Shown here: positions 53,455 through 64,000 of the stretch, piece after piece
Numbering within the stretch: the stretch's first letter is position 1
Layout: each line of letters begins with the position of its first letter
Source: Eledone cirrhosa
Lineage: Eukaryota
DNA: 64,000 nt
Assembly: GCA_964016885.1 (NCBI GenBank)
Contig: OZ024741.1
Span: 337,652,001 to 337,716,000 of the forward strand
Reading direction: 5' to 3'
Program-made: the position numbers and the translations under genes
Notes under the pieces: model-generated
Told to the model about the DNA's origin: nothing
What the model saw: the letters and a program-made list of their open reading frames with translations, nothing else
Databases searched by the model: none

Positions 53455-55490
53455 ATCATCATTATCATCATCATCATCATCATCGTTTAACGTCCATCTT
53501 CCATGCTAGCATGGGTTTGGACGGGAATTGTCCCACTTGAGGCAAGATTGGTTGTCTTGCTCGTATAGGACTGTCTGGTGGGTTTTCTATGGCTGGATGC
53601 CCTTCCTAACACCAACCACGTTTACAGTGTGGACTGGGTGGTTTTTACCATGTTACCTACACGGCCACATTACAGTGTGGACTGTGTGTTTTTTTGTTGT
53701 GACACCTACACGACCTCATTTATTTAGGACTGGATGTTATGGTACCAACATAACTTTACATCGAAAGGAGTGGTGTGGATGGGGTGGGGGTAGTGGGACG
53801 GGGGTGTATTTTGGTTAAGAGGTGCCTACTGATTGTAGGTTTTGCTTTGTACTTAGGCAAGGTGGGTCGTCTGTATTACTGCGTAGTGCCAAAGATCTCG
53901 GTCCAGTGATATTGTCTTGGAGAGGTGTAAGTGTGTGAGGTCGGAATTTATTAAGTCGTCCCAGGTTTTTCTGGATCTGCCTACTCCATGGCTACCGTCT
54001 ATTTTGATCACCCTGCACGTTTTTATACAACTGTCGTCTTTCATGCGCATCACGTGACCATACCAACATAGTCTTCTCTCGAGTAAACAGCATCTGATCC
54101 CTCTTATTCCTAATTTCTCACTTAGTTCATTTATGCTTTGCCGTTCACGTATATTACTATTACACATCTAACGGAGCATGCAAGCTTTGTTCCTCTCCAG
54201 TCTGCATTTCTCCTCTGCACACAATGCCCAAGTCTAACTGCCATATAACATTGCTGTTCGTATGCAGGCATCATACAGCCTGCCTTTCATTTTTAGAGAG
54301 AAACCTTTAGTGGCCAATAGTGGTATAAGCTCTCTGAACTTTTTCCATCCAGTTCTGACTCTAACTACTGTACATTCAGAGCACCCTCCACCACTGCTGA
54401 TTTTGTCACCCAGGTAACAGAAAGTGTCCACTATTTCTATAGAACCATCTGTGCAATGGAATGAGCTAGTATTCTGTGAGCACTTGCTGCTACTTAGTGC
54501 ACCTGAGCACCGGCCACATATAAAATCTATATTCTTAGTTAGCTTACCTGTGATCCCACTACATCTTTTATGCACCCATACTTTGCATTTGGGACATAAA
54601 ATGGAGTTTCTGCCTACTCCTTTCCTACACACTGAGCATGGCCATTTCCCAGATGGGACCAGTGCCCTATTTTCCTTCCTACATACTAGAACTTTAGTCT
54701 TAGACAGGTTAATTTTAAGGCCTTTTGATTCTAGGCTATGCTTCCATGTTTGGAATTTCTTCTCTAGTTCAGCCATTGATTCAGCTATGAGCGTTAGATC
54801 ATCTGCGTATAGGAGTTCCCATGGGCAACCAGTCTTGAACTCCTCTGTTATAGCCTGAAGGGCAATAATAAATAGGAAGGGGCTAAGGACAGAGCCCTGA
54901 TGAACACCAACTTTTACGCTAAACTCTTCACTATATTCGTTGTTAATTCTAACCTTGCTGACTGTTTCTTTATACATGGCTTGTATAGCTCTCACAAGCC
55001 ATTCATCAACACCTAGTTTTCTGAGAGCCCACCAGATAATGGGGCATGGGATTCTGTCAAAGGCTTTCTCCAAGTCAACAAAAGCTAAGTATAGGGGTTT
55101 ACTTTTAGCTAGGTACTTCTCCTGTAGTTGTCGTACAATGAAAAGAGCGTCTGTGGTACTTTTACCTGACACAAACCCGAACTGCATTTCATCTAGCTAA
55201 ATTCGCTCACTGATTAGTTGTGCTATTACTTTTTCTGTGACCTTCATGACCTGGTCAATTAATTTAATGCCTCTATAGTTTCCCCGATCTAGGGAATCTC
55301 CTTTACCCTTGTAGCAGTTAACGATGCTGCTGCTATGCCAGTCCGCGGTACAACCCCATTCAGTATGACTTGGTTTACTATCCGGATGACCATAGTGTGT
55401 CCTACTGTTCCAGATGCTTTCAGCATTTCAGCAACTATTTCCGAAGGCCCAGCCGCCTTGCCTGTCTCCATATCTTTGATTGCCTTACTT
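53455..55490 (-). mobile_element. RTE LINE (distinct subfamily), 5'-truncated
   Basis: 317-aa RT ORF 54234-55187, C-terminal ORF, 3' UTR. Confidence 0.95.
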
Positions 55491-55711
55491 ATTATACTGT
55501 TTGTTTACAAACAAACAGAACATTATAATAAATGTTCGGTAAACCCATACGTACATATATATGTGTGTGCATGTATGTATATATATACATACTACTGTGC
55601 ATCTGTACACATATATGTATGTACGTATACATACTTACATTTATATAAAATACATATATATATATTAAGTACAAAATGAGGTTTCACATTAAGGTCTTTA
55701 TTGATGATGCA

Positions 55712-55796
55712 CAGTTACAACCATTTCAGAGATGGGTGGCTCAGGATTCATATAAATTTAAAGACCTGACTCCAGCCTGATCTGCTCATCAGAATT
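55712..55796 (-). ncRNA. Degenerate hammerhead with long stem II
   Basis: CTGATGA-long imperfect hairpin-GAAATGGTTGTA; stem I poor. Confidence 0.5.
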
Positions 55797-55989
55797 TGTT
55801 AATCAAACAAAACTAAAACTTCATCCCATAGAGTGCTGACTTTGGTATCTTCTTTAGTAAACCCTGGATCAACTGAACAACTTTATTATATATATATATA
55901 GGGACTGAACCTGTGTATATATATATTTAAAAAAAGGAAATATACCTAACTGTACCAAGGATTTCACACATTTTCCAATATATATTTAT

Positions 55990-56061
<72 letters not shown>

Positions 56062-56229
56062 CAGGAAGGAAACAACACAATGAGAAATTCATTTCTCTTA
56101 AAATTACAGACTTGTGTGTTTTACATTAATATAATCAGATTTATGATCTTTTGATAATAGTGAAATATCAATTTAAAGAAAGATGACTAATTTATATAGA
56201 AAATTCTAATTGCCAGCCTAAGGAGACAA

Positions 56230-56629
56230 GTTGGGGTGGTGGGGTTTATTGTATTTCCTGTGTTCTTCTCATATCCCCACCCACCCAACGATATACCTCC
56301 CACAGACACCTTACTGGATAGCAAGTATTAAGCTGCCTGCTATTGGCTTACTGTGTGTTGTGTAGTGTATATGATAACATACACACAGTCACAGTAAAGC
56401 AAAGCACATGAAGTTGTAACAACAGCAGCAGCAGCAAGCCGGTTTCACTCCATCACAGACAAAGCAAAACAACATTCACAACCCTTAAAAACACTTTAAC
56501 ATAGGGAGTATAAAGCACAAGGGATTATTATTAAGCAGCAAAGGGACAGAATTTCTTCTCTCATTTTTAGTTTTGTTTTGTTTTACTTTTTTTTATTTCT
56601 GGATACACACTGGAAGGATTCACATCTAA
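56230..56629 (+). promoter_or_regulatory. Candidate protocadherin promoter and first non-coding exon
   Basis: Non-repetitive island with GT/CACCC boxes and reverse CCAAT (56342), ending at donor GTAAGT 56630; inference only. Confidence 0.35.
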
Positions 56630-56695
56630 GTAAGTTTTTCTCATCATTATTTTGAAATATTATTTTCACCAAATATATATATATGTATATATATC

Positions 56696-56734
<39 letters not shown>

Positions 56735-56859
56735 GGGGTAACAGATTGTATAGCAAACCGTGTCACTCTTCTTTCCTGATTTATATATATATATATATAT
56801 ACACACACACAGAAAATAATATATATATCATATATATATATATACATACATATATATAC

Positions 56860-56950
<91 letters not shown>

Positions 56951-57106
56951 ATATATATTATTTTCTGTGATTGTTAATAGTTGTCAGGCAATGCTGCAAT
57001 ATCTAATATAACAAAATTATACATCATTACATAAGAACAAAGAGCTTTACCATATTCTTATTTATTTGGTTGGTTCATTCAAAAACAGTGATGCTTATTT
57101 CGGGGA

Positions 57107-57137
<31 letters not shown>

Positions 57138-57177
57138 CTTCTTCTTGATCAGTCAGTTTGTGATGGTGATGGTGATG

Positions 57178-57257
<80 letters not shown>

Positions 57258-57331
57258 AATAGAATTTAAAATCTTTGAAAGTTGTTGACATTTTTTTTTC
57301 TTGTGTTTAAAAAATGATTTTTTTTTTCTAG

Positions 57332-57511
57332 GATAAAATTACATAAAAATAAGATTATTATTTATTTGAAATTTTAACCATTTCAGTATTAAGTTTCAGC
57401 ATTCAACAGTTTCTACAAACTGTCTGGATTATAATCAATATATAAACAGTGAATAAATTAACATTTAATAAACAAACAGGTTTGTGAATGAGTCAGAGAT
57501 TGAGAAGAGAT
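57332..57511 (+). other. Candidate 5' UTR exon of the protocadherin
   Basis: poly-T-CTAG acceptor at 57331; GTAAGT donor at 57512. Confidence 0.45.
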
Positions 57512-58522
57512 GTAAGTTTTCTTGTTTTCACTAAGATGGATAGATTTATTTATCAATGTTCATAAATTCTGGATCTATTTCTTAAAAATTCTCTCAAATA
57601 ATTTTTAACTTTAGAGAAATAATTAGAAAGGATTTTAAATCAATCTTAATTGTTTGTTGTTTTATGTGTGTGTGTGTATGGGGGGAGGGGGGGTTCTATT
57701 TGACTTTTTGTTATTATTAACCATTTCAGGGCCTTATTTATTATTTTTGTTGTTGCTGTTTTTCAACTATAAGAAGTACTAGATACTTCCCTGAATCTCT
57801 CATGGCTTACTAGTTCTATACGGACATTTAAATTGATTAAATAAATAAATAAATAAATAAGTAAATAAATAAATATATAAATAAGGGCCTGTTTTGTCCA
57901 GATTTTATATGACAAATAAATAAGGGACCTATTTTGTTCAGATTTTATATGATAGATAAATACATTAATAATTGTAATTCTAAGATGGACAAAAATCTAT
58001 ATAAGAAAATAAAAGACTTTCATTATCTACTGATAGTATAGCATGTTTAGTTTATTGCTTATTGATACCTAAATATTGTGTATTGATTGCTAAATATTGT
58101 TTCACAATAGTTAGCTTACTTGCAAACTGTCCCAGAAAAACAATAACAATGCTAACACACACTTACACTGACATGCACACACACATACATACAGGTACAT
58201 ACACACAGAAACATGCACATATTGACACACATTCACACACACACACACATATATATATATACACACACACAGACAGACATACACATATACATACACACAC
58301 ACACACACACATACAGACACAGACATATACACAGACACAGAGACACATATACACACAGACACACGCACATTGACACACACACACAAATACACACATATGT
58401 ACACACACACACAGACATACACAGACACACACAATCACAGATAGACAGACACATAGACACATACATAGATACACACACACAGACATGCACACACATGCAC
58501 ATACACATAGACACACCCTCTC

Positions 58523-58568
<46 letters not shown>

Positions 58569-59412
58569 ATTCTTCCTTGTCCCCTATTGTATTAGTCACC
58601 TTCACCTAGAAGGCAGGGCGAAGGGGCAGGACAGGGCATTGGTAGATGCAAGTGCAATAATCACAAACAATGTCACTGCCAACAATCCAACTCATCTTAA
58701 TTGTTTGATATTGAAGAAGTGACACAAAGCAGAATTTACTTGCTATATAAACAAGGAAGAAAAGAAAATACTGAAAATGATATTTTTTTTAAAAACCTGA
58801 TTTTACAAATTGTATGAAAAATTCAAGACAATATTTATAATTTATTTGTATTATTTTTAATGTAGTATTTTTTGTTGCTATTTATTAATACCTTTGTATA
58901 TTTACATCATGTTGTGGATCAGTGTTTCGCAAGTTAAATAACACACACACACACATATATAATGTTGTCATTTGATTAGTTAAAAATGCAATTAATTATT
59001 TACTTAGGAATAAGAAACTCTTAGGAGAGCTGGACAGCAGAAGGTCATCAGAGAAGACACCCTCCCCCTCCTCAAGTAAGTGTTTCGGCCCTTAACTTCT
59101 CATGCACAGAAATATATGATAAGTGAGAGAAAAAAGAAATGTAGTATTAGTGACCAGATGATAAAATTGTTTAAAGTTTTTAAAAAATATTAAGGAAGTT
59201 ATAAAATAACTGAAGTGAAAAACAAACATTCAATATACAAAATTTCACAATGCCATGAAATATCATTGACAATATACAAAAATTGAGCAGTATCTAATAA
59301 AAACAAAGCACACTAATAATTATTCCTTAATTCTTAAAAAAAATCTTTTAAATTTTATTTTTATTTAAAATTTTATTTTTTTCTAAATTATAATTTCAGA
59401 TAAATATATATA

Positions 59413-61791
59413 ATGTTTCAAAAAGTCTGTTTTTTGTTGCTTTTTGTTACAACTGTCAGTGTAGACATTACATACAGAGTGAAGGAAAATTTACTCCCAG
59501 GGACGTTCATAGGAGATATAGCACGAAATGTCACACTGCCATCTATAAGACGAAGTGAGGTGAAATTCTCACCACTACAAAAGAATGAATTTTCTGATTT
59601 TTTCAATATCAGTAAGAAAGGACGCCTTTATCTGGCTAAAACAATTGATGCTGAAATAACATGTAAATATAACACAGAATGCTTTGAAATACTCGAAATT
59701 GCTGTCCTAAAGAAAAAATCATTTGTGAAGATACTGGAAGTAAAAGTTATAATCGAAGACGTGAATGACAACAGACCAGATTTTCAAGAGAAGTATATAA
59801 ACCTGCAGTTTTATGAAACAGATGGGAAAGGAACAAAAAAATCTGTTCCAAATGCAGTTGATAAAGATGTTGGATTCTTAAATTCACAGATAACATACAG
59901 CTTAGGGAATATACACAAGCAATTTATGTTGAAATCAAACAAAAGAGTTGACGGTTCATCAAAACTAGAGATTGTCCTCACTGAAGAATTAGATCGAGAA
60001 ATAAAAGACACTTACTTAATACAAATAATTGCAAAAGATGGAGGCTCTCCACCAAAATTGGGTGTTTCGAATGTTCAAATAATGGTCACTGATGCAAATG
60101 ATAATACTCCTGAATTTACTCAAAATACCTACAATATTTCACTCAATAATACACACAAAATAAGCAAACCAATTGTTACACTACAAGCAAGTGATATTGA
60201 CTCAGAAAAAAATGGACAAATTTCTTACCATTTTGGAGCAAAAACTACACCATTAACCAAACTACATTTTAAACTTAACAAGTCAACAGGAGAGATATTC
60301 TTGTCAAATGATTTCTCTTTTAATAAGAAACAGAAATATATGTTATATATTGATGCCAAAGATGGTGGTAATCCACCTATGAGTTCAACTGCCATTCTAC
60401 AAGTCAATATTGAAAATCAAGATAACGAAACTCCAAGTATAGAACTCAATTTCTTTTCACAGACAAATGAAGAAACAGCCAATATATCTGAAGATGTTGA
60501 TATTGGAAACTTTGTAGCTTATGTGAAAGTTATTGACAATGATATTGGAACCAATGGACAAGTAAGCTGTCAATTGGAACATGAAGATTTTATTCTTCAA
60601 CCTTTAGATGATAAGAAATATAAGATAGTTGTGAAGAATACCATTGACAGGGAAGTAAATAGCTATATTGAATTTAATATTTCTTGTCATGACAGAGGCT
60701 CACCACCAAAAACAGCAGTAAGAAAAGTTTCTATACAAGTGATAGATGTCAATGATGTTAAACCTCAGTTTAGTCAGGAAACCTTTCAATTTTTCACTTA
60801 TGAAAATGGAGAAGCAGACTTTCCAATCGGTCTAATCAATGCCACTGACCCGGACCTGGGTGCAGGCGGTCAACTGACATATTATCTCATGAATACCACT
60901 GAAAATCTACTCCCTTTCAGGATTTCAAATTATGGTTTTATCACAACAACACAACCACTGGACAGAGAGAAACAAGATAGATACAGGCTGGTAGTTGTAG
61001 TAAAAGATAATGGGACACCATCACTGAAAAATACAGCAAATGTTATTGTTGAAGTTATGGATAAAAATGATAATGTTCCCTATTTCACTTTTCCTGGAGT
61101 GGATCCTTTCCATCTTAAAGTCCATTATCATCCTCAAAGACAAAAATCCATCACAACTCTCAGAGCATATGACAGAGATAGTCAGTTAAATTCTTTTCTT
61201 CAATATGAAATACTTAATGGCAATGACAAACAGTTATTTTCCCTTGACACATATTCTGGAGTTTTATCATTTTCTCGTACCATTTACAATATTGATGCTG
61301 GTTTCTATAAATTGAATTTGTCTGTTAAAGATGGTGGAACTCCAGTTTTGTTAACAACAACATCATTAACTTTGACATTGACAGTCAGTAATAGTACCTC
61401 TAAATTATTGACAAGCCGTCACAAATTCTCAACCAAAGAAATACCAGTTAACATGATGGTTATTATACTAGTAGCAGCTGTTATTGTATCTATAACTATT
61501 GTGGTGTCTATAACTGTATGTATTGTGAGGAGAAACCATCAAAGAGAAATCCTTTACAGTGAAAGAAGAGAACAAGGTCAGAAATTCATGAATGAAAGTG
61601 GACAGCCTGAATATAGATGTAACCCAATGTCTCCTCAGAGTGACAGCCAAGAAGTAATGTTGACACATCCAGGAATTGATTCTGCAGTTTCTCAAGCAAC
61701 ACTGTTAAGAAAAGAACTCTATCCTGATTCATCATGGCAAGGTTCTCCATTGCAGTCTCATCGACAGAACATCTGCCAGGGAACAAACCAG
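59413..61791 (+). CDS. Protocadherin, large first coding exon (signal peptide, 6 cadherin repeats, TM, proximal tail)
   Basis: DVNDNRP, LDRE, AKDGGSPP, DANDNTP, IDRE, DKNDNVP; EC1 C-x5-C; TM MVIILVAAVIVSITIVVSITVCIV; acceptor at 59399; phase-0 donor cag/gtaaaa at 61791. Confidence 0.96.
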
Positions 61792-62399
61792 GTAAAAATG
61801 CAATATCTACATTAAACAAGATGAAATGATTGTGTACATATTCCTGCATGAATTAATTCTGAATATAAATGATGTTAAACTAGCTATAAAAACTTCAGGA
61901 GGAGCTGTATCAAACTTCTTCTATCTCACAGTAAATTATAACTTTCCTTATATCCAATTTTCTATGACAGTAAGCAAACAAATGTTATCTTGAATCTATA
62001 ATTTTGATTACAATAATCATTACATTGGATGTGATTTTTTTCTTGTCAATATATGACTAACATTCATCAACACTATTAATCATTTTGTTACTGTATTTCT
62101 AATGAGATATTTTGTATTTTAATTAATTAACAAAAGATTTGCAAAAATGTTCATCTCATTAAGATAGTTTTTGTAGCATAATCTCATTTAAAGTTATGCT
62201 GGAAGGTTTTAACTTAAGTAGGAACTCTTTAAAATAGGTGGGGGTTTTCATAGAAACTAAAGCAGTCTAAAGGTTGGTACAAAAAGGGTTAACCTGTTTA
62301 GTATAAGAATCCTGTTAACTTAACTCAGGAGAGCTGAAAAACAGGTCTTCAGAGAAGAACAACCCTCATGCAAGTGTTTCAGCCCTTAACCTCTTCACA

Positions 62400-62760
62400 A
62401 CACTAGATATTCTTAAACATTTTCAATCCACATCAATTTTGTTCTGGCTCTCAACATTCTGAATTCAAAGAGTAAAGTCTTCAAACACTCCTTCCAACAG
62501 GATCCCCAAGCAAGACCAGCCAAGTTCATGGATGTTATCCAATCATATTGCTCAGGGTCTTCCTCCCCTGGGCCTCCTACCTGCTGGTTTTGCCCATAAA
62601 ATCTATCCAGCCTTGTGTCTAAATAAAAAGTTAATATTATTACTAATATCCCATTCTTTTCTATTAGTTCTTGATAGGATGGGATCTCAGCAAAGCAAAC
62701 TAATAGGACACATGTCACTTATTTCACAATGTTTCACGTGTCGTCAGTAGTGAACAATCT
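62400..62760 (-). mobile_element. Old LINE (RTE-like) 3' remnant in the intron
   Basis: Decayed RPRGRP..IRLDNIHEL reading. Confidence 0.5.
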
Positions 62761-63267
62761 TTCCTTCCCCATTGTTGCAGCTTGAAGAATTTAAGCCTTT
62801 TGCTACCAAACTCAATGAAACCATCCCTCCTTGGTTCAATGATGCTCAGCTGTTTATATTTATCTAAAAACCCTCCTATCATAATTTTATGTAAGAGCCT
62901 TTGTTAAGTTATGTTCCAAACACCAACTTTATAGCAAGAAAGTTAGTTACATAACTAAATCCTACCAAGTTCTTGTTAATTCTAAAAATTATTTGAAAAC
63001 CATAGGCAGTGTCTTTCATTAGATATATGATAGTGATAGACATAAAATCATGTTCTCACAATTTAAATATATTACTAAGTCCCTCTAAATACTTTATTAA
63101 GTTATGTTCCAAATACCAGCTTAATAACAAGAATGTTAGTTTTATTACTAAATCTCTCCAAATTCTTGATTATTTTCAAAATTATTTCAAAGACAATAGA
63201 CAGTATCTGTAATTAGAAATATGGTAACAAAAAGGTTAAAATAATCCCTGTTTCTTTTTAATTCCAG

Positions 63268-63430
63268 ATGGTTTTACATAATGCAATGACAGCTGATAAT
63301 TTCAGAGGTGAAAGAGATGAAATCCTGACATCATCTGATCATTTTAGCGAGAAGTCAACCATGTCATCATATGATGATAGTGGTAATGGCAACAGTGATG
63401 GCAATACAATCCTCTATGAGGAATTACCAG
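63268..63430 (+). CDS. Protocadherin cytoplasmic exon
   Basis: ttccag acceptor in phase 0 matching the previous exon; SDHFSEKSTMSSYDDSGNGNSDG; donor cag/gtaaga. Confidence 0.85.
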
Positions 63431-63857
63431 GTAAGATTCACCCGCTTCAACCCCCATCACCACAACCACAACCTTTACCACTACCACCATCACCACAACC
63501 ACAAGCTTTACCACTACCTCCACCACCACCACCTTCATCACCATCACCACCACCTTCAGAACTTTTCTGGTGATTTCTTATGAATGAAACAGCTCTAGTC
63601 TTGTAGAAGTAATTTCTATAATAGAATAAATACATATATATATATATATAAAATGAATTAACAGAGTCATAGACTTGCATTAGTCCTTGTAAATTATGTG
63701 CTCAAAGGAAAAGGAATCCTGGGCTCTTCAAATATAATATGTAGAAAAGATAACAGTTGAGAGAGAGAGTGTGTGTGTTTATCAATATACTGGAAATTGG
63801 TAAACACACACACTCTCTCTCTCAACTGTTATCTTTTCTGCATATTATATATATATC

Positions 63858-64000
63858 TAGGGCAGGTAAAATTCCTGAAATCCATGGACGAGTTCTCTCC
63901 AACGGTCTCTGTCCCTCATTATCGCTGCCATGTCCTGCGTCTCCAACAGACCAGTGTCTGTCCTTAGGGCATCAACATACATTAACCTTGGTCTTCCTCT
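63858..64000 (-). mobile_element. RTE-type LINE 3' end (different family)
   Basis: RGRPRLMYVDALRTDTGL..MRDRDRWRELV. Confidence 0.8.

Noticed and set aside
59020-59105. 75-bp repeat (also 62325-62395) with minus-strand GAAAC..CTGANGA as a hammerhead
   Set aside because: The repeat is real, but stems I-III cannot be paired convincingly.
61792-61815. Protocadherin ending at the ORF-track stop
   Set aside because: A phase-compatible donor and downstream exon indicate splicing, though an intron-retained isoform is not excluded.
63431-63573. Proline-rich extension of ORF 63268-63573
   Set aside because: Lies past a strong splice donor at 63431; intronic (CCA)n repeat.

Overview
AT-rich, microsatellite-dense animal DNA, most likely from an octopod cephalopod (inferred from an octopus-type protocadherin plus the SINE/RTE repertoire). 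About 56 kb is nested transposon debris: RTE and CR1 LINEs, two SINE families, three Helitrons, two DD37D (maT-type) elements, a DD34D mariner inside a hAT-like element, piggyBac-like MITEs and several Penelope-like element (PLE) families. The only clear host gene is a protocadherin at about 56.4-63.4 kb on the + strand, running off the window. The most notable unannotated signal is RNA structure. I read about 16 complete or degenerate type I hammerhead ribozyme motifs and several half-motifs, many inside fold-back inverted repeats inserted in microsatellites. In three unrelated families the fold-back point falls at the ribozyme's stem II or GAAA. There is also a degenerate HDV-like ribozyme at the 5' end of a short RTE. 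All folds and family assignments were made by eye, without database searches or folding software; element boundaries are approximate unless a junction sequence is quoted.
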